From contig OZ287752.1 of the NCBI GenBank assembly GCA_965649765.1, positions 21,514,001-21,578,000 of the forward strand: a stretch of DNA of 64,000 nt. Reading direction: 5' to 3'. The position numbers were made by a program, and so were the translations under genes. Positions 11,666 to 23,059 of this stretch are shown piece after piece (the stretch's first letter is position 1; each line of letters begins with the position of its first letter). The notes under the pieces were generated by a model. It was not told where the DNA came from. It saw nothing but the letters and a program-made list of their open reading frames with translations, and did no database searches. This stretch comes from Bispira polyomma (lineage: Eukaryota).

Positions 11666-12431
11666 ATGAATGTCTTACAGGAAAAGGTGGCTCTATTTCA
11701 AAAACCTTAGATGGATCCATCAGTCCATCATATTGATTGGGTTGAATACAGACCAACCGGTCAAATTAAAAGTGGAAATGTAATTGAATTTAATGTAACA
11801 GGGGATGGGGCGGATTATATAGATTTGAAGAAAAGTAGATTGTATATTTCAATGAAAATTACAAATAGTAATGGAAGTGACTTAGCAGCAGCTGCTAAAG
11901 TTGGTCCCGTCAATTTAACATTACATTCTCTCTTTCGTCAGGCAGATCTAACTCTACAGCAAATTAATATTTCACCAGGAGTTGGTATTAACTATCCCTA
12001 CAAAAGTTTGTTGGATGTATGGTTGCATAATAGTTTTGTGAGCCAACAGGGACAGTTTGAAAATGAATTGTTTGCAAATGACACAGCTGATACTCATAAT
12101 ATTGCAAGTGGGGATGATAACACAGGGTTTGCTACTAGACAAGAGAGGTGTGCAGCAAGCACAGTAGTGGACTCATAGCTTGTTTTATGGGAGATATGGC
12201 GAAAATAAGAACAATCTTATTAAATATATAGATTATCCAAATGTATATTGTCTTTATGTGTTTAACATAGACATTAATGTAAGTGGTGATCTTAAATCAG
12301 AACGTAAAAAGGGTCACACAAGAATAACTGTAAATTTTGAAAAAGCTTTAGGAGAAAGTGTAACTGCAATATTATATGCTTGTTTCCCATGTATGTTAAC
12401 TATTGATGAGGCTAGAGTTGTAGAGCAATGA
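11666..12431 (+). pseudogene. Major capsid protein (double jelly-roll) with a large internal deletion at ~12175
   Basis: N-terminal EYRP...IEFNV.G...YIDL..SRLY...GPVNL.LHSLF...YPYK is joined directly to C-terminal Y.LYVFN...G..RI.V.F..AL...VT.ILYA.FP..LTID..R.V. Only ~250 codons remain. Confidence 0.88.
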
Positions 12432-12850
12432 ATACTTCTGAAATAAAAGAAAAAAAGTTGAATGATAGATTCATCAGCAAATATTATGGTGGAGTATATG
12501 CAGCAAATGAATTGCCAGTAAAATTTCAAAATTTACCTAAAATTCTGATTGTAAACACAAAACCCTACCCTCACGAAGGGGAACATTGGGTAGCGATGTA
12601 TGTAAGTAAAAAGGAGGCAGAATATTTTGATTCTTTAGGTGATTTAGCTCCGAAAAGTTTTGAAAATTTTCTGTTGAGACATCAAGAAAGTTATAGCAAA
12701 AATATCGCCAGAGTACAAAGTTATAAGAGCATGTTATGAGGGGAATATTGTCTATATTACGCTTACCATAAATGTAGGGGAAAGAGCTATACTGATATCT
12801 TAAAGGGTTTTGATAAAGATTATAAAGTTAATGATGTAAATATAAAATAA
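12428..12850 (+). pseudogene. Adenain-type cysteine maturation protease
   Basis: IVNT.P....GEHWVA, YFDSLG, and Q...S.L*GEYC, where the catalytic Cys codon is TGA at 12737-12739. ATG overlaps the MCP stop (ATGA). Confidence 0.9.
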
Positions 12851-12946
12851 TTTTATATTTCGAAATTCATTTAAAATGCTAAAGATTTAGCCTTTTAATC
12901 AATAACCAACAAAGTAGATAAATTAATGCTGTCAAGGTAAATTGTA

Positions 12947-13126
12947 ATGAGGTAATTGGATAAACAATGCTGTCACAGTAACTAATGACACAGTATTTAG
13001 TTAAATAGCCAAACCAAATAATGATGAGGTAATTGGATAAACAATGCTGTCAAAGTAAATAATGACACAGTATTTGGTTAAATAATCAAAGTAAATAATG
13101 ATGAGGTAATTGGTTAAATAATGCTG
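12947..13126. repeat. 77-bp tandem repeat, ~2.3 copies, upstream of the BIR gene
   Basis: Units start at 12947, 13024 and 13101 (atgaggtaattggataaacaatgctgtca...). Confidence 0.85.
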
Positions 13127-13129
13127 AGA

Positions 13130-13797
13130 ATGGCAGAGAATACAAATCAAAGCAGAGCAAGAGAAGATAAGGCTGACTGTGTTGTTGCAGCCTCTGCTTC
13201 TAGTTATGGAAGAAGAATAGATAACCAAGACAGAATAAGTGAACTTACAAAAAAGTTTCGCAATTTTCTATGTGAAGAAGAATCACTGGCTATGAGTAGG
13301 GATTGGGTAAATTACAAGTATTCTACAACAGATTAGAAAGTTTCAGAGGTTGGCCAAAAAGTACTGGTGTGAGTCTAGAGGATGCAGCCAGGGGGGGGGG
13401 GGATTTCGATACAGTGGTTATGGTGCCATGTCAGTGGTGTTACATGCAGGTGAAGAACTGGAATTACTTTGAAAAACCATTGAAAATGCACTCCAAACTC
13501 AAATTGTGAATACGTGCAAACTGTATTCCCTAGTGAATTGTCAAAAATTGAAAGAGGTAATTATAAGTTGTATTAAAATCGTCTGGAGGGCTACAGAGGG
13601 TAGAGCGACGGCAAGATAGTAAAACCAGAAAAGTTAGCAAAAGCTGGATTAATGTACACTGGTTTAGGAGACAGATGTCAGTGCCTCTGGTGCTCTATAA
13701 TTCTCGATTCCTTGGAGTACCTGGACGAGCCCTTAGCTGAACATCAAAGACATTCAAAAGACTGTGGTTACATAAAAATGATTCTGTCAGATGACTG
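13130..13797 (+). pseudogene. Inhibitor-of-apoptosis-like protein with two BIR domains, no RING seen
   Basis: BIR1: RLESFRGWP...AARGG...CQWC...W...EKPL.MH...C. BIR2: RLEGYRG*...PEKLAKAGLMYTGLGDRCQCLWC...DEPLAEHQRHSKDCGYI. Confidence 0.85.
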
Positions 13798-13865
13798 AAT
13801 AGTTTAGAAACATGTTCATAGTGTGTTGTAAATAATATTATATGTATGGTGATTTGTGTATTTTG

Positions 13866-13868
<3 letters not shown>

Positions 13869-13902
<34 letters not shown>
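13869..13902. repeat. (AT)n microsatellite
   Basis: About 17 AT units visible. Confidence 0.95.
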
Positions 13903-13908
<6 letters not shown>

Positions 13909-15199
13909 TGTGTTAATAATATTGAAAATAAAGGTAGTTTAGAAAATAAAGTTGTTCTTATTCCTCCTTTAAACAAAAGGAAAAAAAAACAACAACTACA
14001 AACAGACCCCACACCTGTAATTTTAAAATGACATATCTATTAACAATAGACAACCTAGATTGTGATTCAAAAGCCATTATGAGTTGGAAAAAAGAAGGTG
14101 AATGGTTTCAAAATGCTTTAAAACTAAGAGATTTACCAGAGGTCTATAACAACCAAATCTTTTACAACAGTACATGTGAAACAGGTACACATTTGGTTTG
14201 TTACATAAAATAAACATAAGTTTTATGTTTTGAACTAAAAGAATTAACAATGAAAGAACCATTCATTAAATTATGTCACACAGACAGCAGCTACCGCTTT
14301 AGCATAAAAAGAACAAAAGCTTTGAATGCGGTGAGATGAAAATTTGAAAAAAAGGTTACTTGGCTATACAAATAAAGTAAAAAAGTATAAGAGGGAGGAA
14401 GAGTCCATAAAAATTTTATTCACTTGTAAAAATGGCTCGATTAAAGACTGAGGTAGATATTGGAAAGGACAGGTTACAATGAATATTGAATATTAAAAAA
14501 GATCTTATAGTGAAAGTAAGAAATATTTTGGTTTCGCAAATATAACATTGAGAGATAAAAGCTACAAAAAATTATTCAGATGTATACCAACTATCAACAA
14601 GGCAATAAGGAGAGAAAAAAACAAAGATGTCATTACCAATTAGTGAATCTGAAAAAATTAGAACAACTAAAACACTGGCTTATAATAAAATGGGCAAATT
14701 CAGAAAATTTCCAGGAGACAGGATATACATTTCATAATTCAGTGGAGAGAGAGAATTCTCTCTCAATGTAAGTGATTGGCGTCAAATAGTTGGAAGAGAG
14801 TGGTAAGGGCAAATATCTTTTGTTACAAACATGCTATTCTAAAGGAACCACCTAAATTAGAACCCAAATTACAATTTGGAGGTTTTTAGAAGAAGGTGGT
14901 AGTATGTGAAGGTCTTAAAATCATAATGTATTCATTTAAAGTAAAAACTCTATAAGAGGACAAAAAGTCTCAAAGTCAGCAGGCTTTTTCAGTTTTGTGC
15001 ACAAGTAGATGGGATTGGGCTGAAATTGGGCTCAAATACCCGGCATGAAATGCTCCACATACTACTACTCTTAACACATATTTCTATATTGTAGGTGGGC
15101 CGGTAAAACCAGGCAGTGCGCAAGCAAGCCATTAGCCAGGGATCGTTTTGATTTTCCAGAGGAAAACACGTAAACCACAGCCTGATTATCACACCAGAT

Positions 15200-16034
15200 T
15201 GTTCCTTATTGTCATTTTTCTGGCGGACACATTTGGACATGGTGTGCTCATGCTTATGACCCTAGTTCTCTCTAAAGCAATAACTACAATAATGCATATA
15301 TTTGATGGCACATGTTACGCGGTCTTTTTCCAGGCTGCCATTATTGAATAAGGTACATACTTTTGATTGTCCCTTGGCCATGCTTATACTTGGAAGCTGG
15401 GTGACTTACTCATTGGGTGTTTCTAGCCCTAATCTTTTCTATAAGGTCAATATTGAACAAACTAATACGTCCTTTCTTCCCCTCCTGGAGCACGGCTCTG
15501 TGTGCCCTTTTAGCTATATCTATCCTAGTTTTATTGCGTCTTGCATGAGGCTAACATGATAGGTTGATATTGTATCCCTTAAAGAGCACAACATATTAAC
15601 CCCTGGGACCATTGCATGGGAGACATTTCGTTGTAAGTGGGGTTTTTTACTGTGGACTACAGTACAGTAGTTTTGCGGGCAGGTAATCTGGGTACGCACC
15701 TTATGAACCCAGCTCGATATCTGCCTGACTTTAATGAGGAAGCATTTTTATCTTTTGAGTCCAATCTGGACGTGCTGTCATAGTCTTTTAATCGACGTTG
15801 CATCTCGGCTTAGACCTGCGAATCACCCTTGAGTGCTTCAAAAGAAGATAGTCTCGTTTCTTTCTCTTTTGCAGGTTGACTGGCAATCTTAGGCGAGCTC
15901 TGACCTGATGGCAATGCTGAGATTTTATTGAAGCTGACTCGTTTCTTTTGTCGTTTAATACTCTGCTCTTGACCATGCAGTTGCGACTCCAAAGTTCTTA
16001 CTACTGACAAAAATTCGTCTAGCTTTTGTGACAT
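15200..16034 (-). mobile_element. gag-like ORF remnant of an Ngaro-like YR retroelement
   Basis: KKPTYNEMS..QW, LMQDAIKLG*.IAKRAHRAVLQE and a C-terminal CTLFNNG...YMHYCSYCF...HEHTMSKC knuckle, resembling the gag at 52458-53039. Confidence 0.6.
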
Positions 16035-16299
16035 AAATTTATTACACTCAGCTCTTTCAGCAATTTTCGCCCACCCACAGCCCCCTGATTGATGTCTTCC
16101 CCATTAGTAGCACTTTTTTCTGTGTTACTTTTATCAATGTTTTTTGAGTTTCTGGTATTATGTAGCTGAAGCATCTTAACTCTACAAATAGTACAAAACG
16201 GCAGGACTCTTGCTGCTTTGAATACGAGAAGTTTTACAAAATTTGTTTAGCTAAAATTTCAATCAAGCCAACAGAGGCCCAATTTCTCTTGCAGCACTC

Positions 16300-19200
16300 T
16301 GCCCTCTACACTTCATAACTAAATGAAGTCCACATGGTCACCCCCTTTAATGTTAACAAAGAACTCACTAGAAAAGTACTGGCCATGTGCAAACTGCAAC
16401 AGCTCAGAAGCCAGACATAGCTAGGCTCAGTTTCATGATTGAACAGAACTCTGGTGGCTGAGCTGACCTGATTCTCTTTAGTATTTTTCCTTTCAGACAC
16501 CAATAGGTTATGTATTGTGGACCTTATGCTTTGGTTACACTTTACTGATTGATTTAGTTTTTCTCTAAAAACTGAAGGGGGTTATGCTACACATCTTACG
16601 CATGCCCTCAAGTGTGGAAGTTGTGCATAGCGACTGCTTGAGTAGCTTCTTCGAGGTGGTAGTAGTAGCAGAATTATGAGTGACAGTTGTATACAATCCG
16701 AATGAGAATGATCTGGCAGTTGTAAATTCTGACCGTGTGAATGATCTTGGAAATTGGTACTGTGGGTGGGAAACAGTAGGCATCTATCCCCTCCTACAAT
16801 ATGTTGAGAGAATCCACTGCCACGTTGTTGGGTCTGGTTTGTTGTTGAATTGTTTGGCACACATATTTATGTGTGGTGCGTGCCACCGGTTTCTGAATGT
16901 CTGCGGGCAAAAAGACCATTCTGTTGGTGTTATATGGTTCTTGCGTGATAGGGTGTCTGCGTTCCAACAGCCCTGTATGTGTCTGGCTCTATATGATACA
17001 TGGTTTAGGTGACACCATGCTGTAACCTCCAGTTGACGGCACACATTTCCAGAGAATGAGTGCCGTTTTGTTTGTTGATATAGGCTATAATCGAGGTGTT
17101 GTCTGTCAACATTAATACTCTCTGTCCTTGACATTAGTGTTAAAAACTCTTATGAGCTAGGTACACTGCCTTCAGTTGTTGTTTGTTCATATGTTTATAC
17201 AGTGGACTACTGGCCACCTGAGAGATTTGGATCTAAATGGGCGCCCTAAACTTCGTTTGAGGAGTGTGTAAATAAAAGGACGTTGTGTACATTGTTGATG
17301 TCCAGCCACCAGATGCTGAAGCTTGACGTCCCAGTGTGTCTTTAGGTGCATTGTAGCACTCCCTCCCCCCTCCGGCTGATGCCAATATTCCTATCACCAA
17401 CATCCAGGATCACACTAATAACTGTGAAACTTTGATTTTAAAGTGTCGTAGATCTTCTTCCAATGCTCTTGTGTTGGGAGAGATAGACCTTACTCTAGGC
17501 TAAAATGGTAGCCCACTAAGTCAAAGTTCAGTGTAGGTGTAAGTTCCAATTTATTTTGGTTTATTATCCAGCCAAGCTGGGTGAGTAATTGTTTGTTTTC
17601 TTGACGCTGTTCGGCTGCTGGGGCTTCTGTGAGTCAATCCTCGAGGTTGGACTCTTATTCCATGATAAAGCCATCAGTTTCATTTTCTTTGACAAGATAT
17701 CTCATGTAGAGCTGTAACCAGTCCAAGCACTGTGAATTAGACACATTCCTGTGGTTAAACCGTACATACTTTTGTGGTCTCTTGTGAATAGGTATGTGCA
17801 GATAGCGTCCATGATGCCTAAAGATGTCACCCTTTTTGTAGTGAAGCCCTTATCGATCCTAGGCTTTCCATCTTGAAGTGGTTTGTTGTATCTACTGAGC
17901 ACTTTTGGTGAGTGCTAGGGGAGGTTAGTAGGGGACGAGTAGTTGATATCTGTTTTTAATATCTCTATTTGTCTATTCTGTGCTCTGTCATACCGCTCTT
18001 GTGAAAAAAGCAGCAAACGAACCTCAATGTCCTGAGGGTCGTGCTGCTGGGGCCGTGTTGCTGGGGATTAGTTATTGTCATTTCCCGCACTGCATCCTTT
18101 GGGGGAAAGGGTTTCCTTAAATCACCACCATGAAAGCTACGTAGTTGCTGGTCACCTCTCTGATACTGCTGTTGTTGTTGGCAACTCCCTCTCTGGTAGT
18201 ATTGTTTGTTACCCTGACCAGAACTAAAGTATGAGTAGGGGGCAGGCTGTTAATTAATGCAGCTTGGTACAGAGTACCTCTTGTCAAATTTTATGGCTTC
18301 TTGGGCTTTCTCTATGAGAGCTTCGTCAAAGAGATCTGGGCCAACGACTTCAGGTTGGTTAGGATTGCATCTCTCCTCAATAGAATTGAGTTGGCAATCA
18401 CATGTATTATGTCTATGGTTTACATGACTCATGACCCTGGAAAGAATGACCATAGGTCATCTGGCTACTGCGTTATGTTCAACCTTGGTGTTGAGACTGT
18501 GCCATGAACACACCAATTGTTCCGGAAAATTTTCAGAAAACGCCTATCTGTTGGACTATGGAGTTGGGCATTTTGAGTATTTCCCCCTGTTGGAGTTTAC
18601 ATTTTTCTCCCAAAGTTTGGATTGTGGTAGTCGTTGTCAGAGCTTCTCACTTATCAGTGATATCAATACAAGGCTGTTTTATTGATTGGGGTTGTTTAAG
18701 GTTGTCATTTATGGCTGCCTCCAGATTCCTAAACATTAGGTCAGCTGAAAACCCCAGTTCTTCCAGTTCCAGAATGCTCAGTGTTTTCGGGATAGCTGTC
18801 AATGTCTCGAGATATGTGGGGAAATAGTCAGTATCATCTATCTAGAGTGTGGAACTTGGTTTATCTTCTGACCACAGAATGGCTTGATCATATTCTCTCC
18901 TTGATATTCTGATATCACAAGTTCTATCAATTTAACTCTATCAAAAGAGGGAAAAATCCTTTTGTATTTCCCCTGCTTCTATGCCTATGACTTCTGCCCT
19001 GGGAGGGCCCCCCCAATGTGACTGTTTTCTGTTTCTGCCTTACATCCTGTTTCTTGTGTTTTGGGGGTCCCGGGGAAGACAACTCTGGAGTAGAATTATG
19101 CCTAGGGACATTGTGGCATTGTTTTTTGTCATGTTTGGTGTTTCCCTTTGTCACTGTAGTGTATATGTTAATGTTTTACTTCTATAGCACCACAATTGAT

Positions 19201-20235
19201 GACCAAGCATCCTCTGTGGCGCATATTCTAATAAGTGTGCAAAAGAATAGTCTGGTAGACGGAAGAAGTATATCCTCTATTTTATACCGTAGTTACCAGT
19301 ATTCCCTATGATATTAAGGTCCATTGTCCTCTGACAATAGGAGTCTGCAGATTGACTGGTTGTTTTGGTTGAACCGGTTCAGGCATTGCCAATGGTTTAG
19401 TCGGTCCAGCCGGTTCAAGAGCTGCCAGGTTCACCGTTTGAGGTTTGGTTTTAATTATGACCCTCTTGTGTGTCTACATGAACTTTGTGGATGAGTAGTC
19501 AGGAGCTTTGGTGCATCTCCTTAAACATTAAGGTGAACTTGTGCTGCATTCTAGCGAGTTCAGATCTTACTTTCTTCCTGAGGTAAAGTACATGGGAGGA
19601 GGGCGTTGGAGGGACTGTAGATGAACCGGAGATAGGTAAGTGGTGCAGTACATGAACTCTGTCCTCGGTAAAAAAATCCAATTTTTATACACTCGGTGGT
19701 TTTGGATGGAATGTTTGGATTCTGAGGAGGGGGAGGTGGTATCCCTTGTAGTGAACTAATACCGTCCTCTGAACCCAGGAGCAAAGAAGCCTGTTGATCA
19801 GTAAAGTCCAGGGTACAAGTCCAGGGGCCGTTCTGGTGGAAGAAGGGGAGTCTAGCCAAACTTCCTATTGTTTTACAGATACAGTTGACTTTTCTCTTTC
19901 TCCTTTTTTCGGCCTTTTCTCTGCCAGTAGGTGAGCCTACTTTGCAGTTTGTGTCTTTGCTCATCAGTCATACACTCACATTGATGGCACAGTGCAGTGC
20001 CTTTGACACAGGGGTCTTCATCCTTTTGGTGAGACCGACATGTGGGGCACCACTTATGTTTGTCCCAGTTGTCATGTAAATGCCCATACTTTTCCCTTTG
20101 TTGACCACTACGTTTGTTATCATCAGTTTTGGATTTTTGCTTTGATGTTACATCAAGAACCAGAGCAATAATTAAATCCATGAGCAATAACCAATAAACC
20201 ATTTTATCACTACCCAGTGTAGGCAGAGCTTGCAC
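16300..20235 (-). mobile_element. Decayed DIRS1-like retrotransposon (gag, RT, RNase H, methyltransferase-like domain; YR largely lost)
   Basis: gag zinc motif D.H.WCPTCR...DPCV.G...CHQC. RT LGWIINQNKLELTPT.NFDLVG. RNase H TDNTSIIAYINKQNGTHS. MT-like ADTLSR....TEWS and DAYCFPP. Confidence 0.85.
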
Positions 20236-20728
20236 AGGCCTAAAAAGATAGAGGGTAGTACATTTATTGTTTCAGACATTAATTTTGTAAGGAGCAGTAT
20301 ATAAGAGGTCTTACTTTTAGGTCTAAGACCAAAACGGCCCTAAACTGTGACAAAGTTAGTCAACGTGTATGTACACATAATACAGGCATTCGTTGCGCTG
20401 TCAATTTTGTTAGGAAAGGTGGATTAGCTATTTAACTTTTAGATAATACAGATTTTAACCCTCTTAGGTGCTGCCATCTTCATCACCCACGAGGTCCAGA
20501 ATTTGGGCCTAACCCCAAAACTGACCCCAAATGGAGGTAAATATGTGAACTGAGTCCAGAAGAAAATGGAGGCCAGAAAAATAATGACCACTGCACAGCT
20601 TCTTGCACATAACACCAGCTTGGATAATTTGACTGGTACCCTAAGCGTACCGACATAGACCATGTTTTTCGTTTGGGTTCTGGCTGTTCCAGGTTGGCAA
20701 GCTGCTAGTTCTGAACTGGTTGGAGAAA

Positions 20729-22900
20729 TCATAATTCTGTGTTACTAGATCTCTTGAAAACGTTTGCCTTAACAGGTTTAAATTCTGGATGAAAGCTCTC
20801 TTTACTCAGTGTGTGGAAGCAATAATTACATATGTACCCATATTGTGCCATGATCACTGGCATTGCTACATGATCCATTGTTATAAAATTTGCAGGCTGT
20901 TTTAGGTTTTTGAAATTGACGGGTGATAATAAATTCTTTGCACACATATGGGCCATCCGTCGGTAGCAATGTACTTGATGAAGATTTATGATGAAAGCGC
21001 ATTCAGTCTTACATCCCCAAACATTGACAACATTGTCGCTGAAATTGCTAATATTGACCCTTCAGTCAAGCTGTTCAAATTTGGTATCAGCCAAGCTCTG
21101 TAATATCAAAACCGATTTATTCATGACATCACTGGTATACATTAGAACAACACTTTCTATGCTGACGAAAGCACAGCGTTTTGGTACAAACATTCTCATA
21201 CGCAGCGATTGAGGGACATTGGGCTGGAAATCAAGGCACCTCAAGACTGCGTTATAAAGGGATATATTGATGATACCAGCAGTATTAGGTCCCTTAACAC
21301 TGCAGACACTACTTTGACTTCTTTGGTCAACCATATTGACTTCATGGGCATTCCCATTAATTTAAAAAATAAGAACCCCCACCCTAACATGTATGGGCAT
21401 TGTTGTCAAATCCAAAGAAGGTAGATTTGCAATCCTATTGATGAAATGAAATGAAATAAGGCATGCTGTGCATCCTGTGTGGGGCGTACAAGAGGTGCTA
21501 AACAGCAACTGCAGTCATTACCTGGATGCCTACTTTATATCCATTAATTCGTTGTCCCTGCTAGGTTGTTTGTGAATATGATTTAACTACCCTTAGAAAT
21601 GCTTCTGCTAGCACTGTTATACTAGATAAGGGTTTCCACAAAGATATTCTGTGGTTTCCCAATTTTTTTGAAAAATGGTATAGTGCTAATTTACAAAATT
21701 GATGTCGCTGATATAGTCATTAGTGGGGATGCATGTCTCACAGGTGTAGGGGCTATTTGGGTACAAATGTATTTGTTGCCACTATACAGTGGTGACAGAA
21801 TTGTTTACTTTGAAATGGCTAATATTTTAGTTGCCCTTTGGTGTGGCCAATTTGTAAAGCTTAAGTGCGACAACTGGGCTATGGTGCATTTTCTCAAACA
21901 TGGCCACACAAGGGACGATACTCTCATGTTGTACGTGAGGTCTATTTTGCCCAGCAGGCTGCTCAAACAAGCAGAAAACAAATGTCCCTTGCCTTTAAAC
22001 TACGTACCAGGATTGTGTACTCTTCTCAGTTTAACATTTTTGTGGCTCCAGCCATGTTCTGGATTATTCCAGGTTTCACCAACCTTAGCTATGTGTTATT
22101 TTTAAGAGTAATAGTTTTTGTCAACCTCATGTTAATTTCACACCACCATTCAGAATTATCTTTCCAGTGTTAAGCACTACTTTTTATATTTTGATTCAAA
22201 TCATTCTGTGTTATCACATCTTAAAGTTAACATGCTGTTAAGATCAATAGCTAATAATTCAACATATGCTCCAGGGTTAACAGAATCATCACTATACCCA
22301 TGATTCAGCAGCTAGTTACTAAATGCTTAACAATTAAGGACGGGCTAGTATACAAGGCCCTCTTCCTTGTTTCCTTATTTGGGGTATTCAAGATTTCTAA
22401 AGTACTTCCTATAAGTTATAAGGATATTATCAATCCCAGATTTCTTACACAGGCGGACGTTATATTTAAACCTCCTGGTTGTCACATCACCAGTAAATGG
22501 TTATAAACTACAAAATTATAATGAACTTCAAATAATTCAACTAAACTTCAACATATACCTAACTCACACATTTGTCCTGTTGCTGCCCTTTAGCAAATGT
22601 TTACATTTTGTCCATCTCCACCCAATTTCCTTGTGTATTTATGTTCCAACAAAATATCACCAACCCCTCTTCTGGCATCCAAAGCTAGACAAGTTTTGAC
22701 CTCATTATGGCAGGAACTAGGGTTAACCTTCCATGCATTCCGCCATAGTGATGCGACATATGCCTTTAAGAGTGACATTCACTTGCATTGAAACTGGCAT
22801 AGGGATGCAATTTTAGCATACTTACAGCAGAATGAATCTGTCAATAAGGTTTTCCTCAACTTTTAACAACTACTCCCCTACACTAGTTTGGATTTGGAGT
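20729..22900 (+). mobile_element. Highly degraded Ngaro-like YR retroelement (RT, RNase H and YR on +; inverted gag fragment at 20729-20960)
   Basis: GYIDD, DACLTGVGA, CDNWAMV, YKALFLVSLFG.FKIS and TFHAFRHSDATYAF. Confidence 0.75.
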
Positions 22901-23059
22901 TTTTCCTCCATATCTCTTGTAGTCTAGATGTACTAACCTGCTAACATTTGTGTGTAGTTAGAAATATCCCAAACATATGTTTTAAATGAAGTGTATTAAC
23001 TGATGTCATTATTGTTTTTGTTGATTAAAATAGCTTAGTTCCTTCTTTAACTACTTGCA

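Larger units (their letters stand above)
424..14980 (+). mobile_element. Decayed Polinton/Maverick (endogenous polintovirus/adintovirus-like element); boundaries approximate
   Basis: Co-oriented pPolB, A32-like ATPase, RVE integrase, minor and major capsid and adenoviral-type protease genes, most with stops or frameshifts. No paired TIRs found. Confidence 0.93.

Noticed and set aside
13695-14031. ORFs with YIYIYI runs
   Set aside because: Translation of the (AT)n microsatellite.
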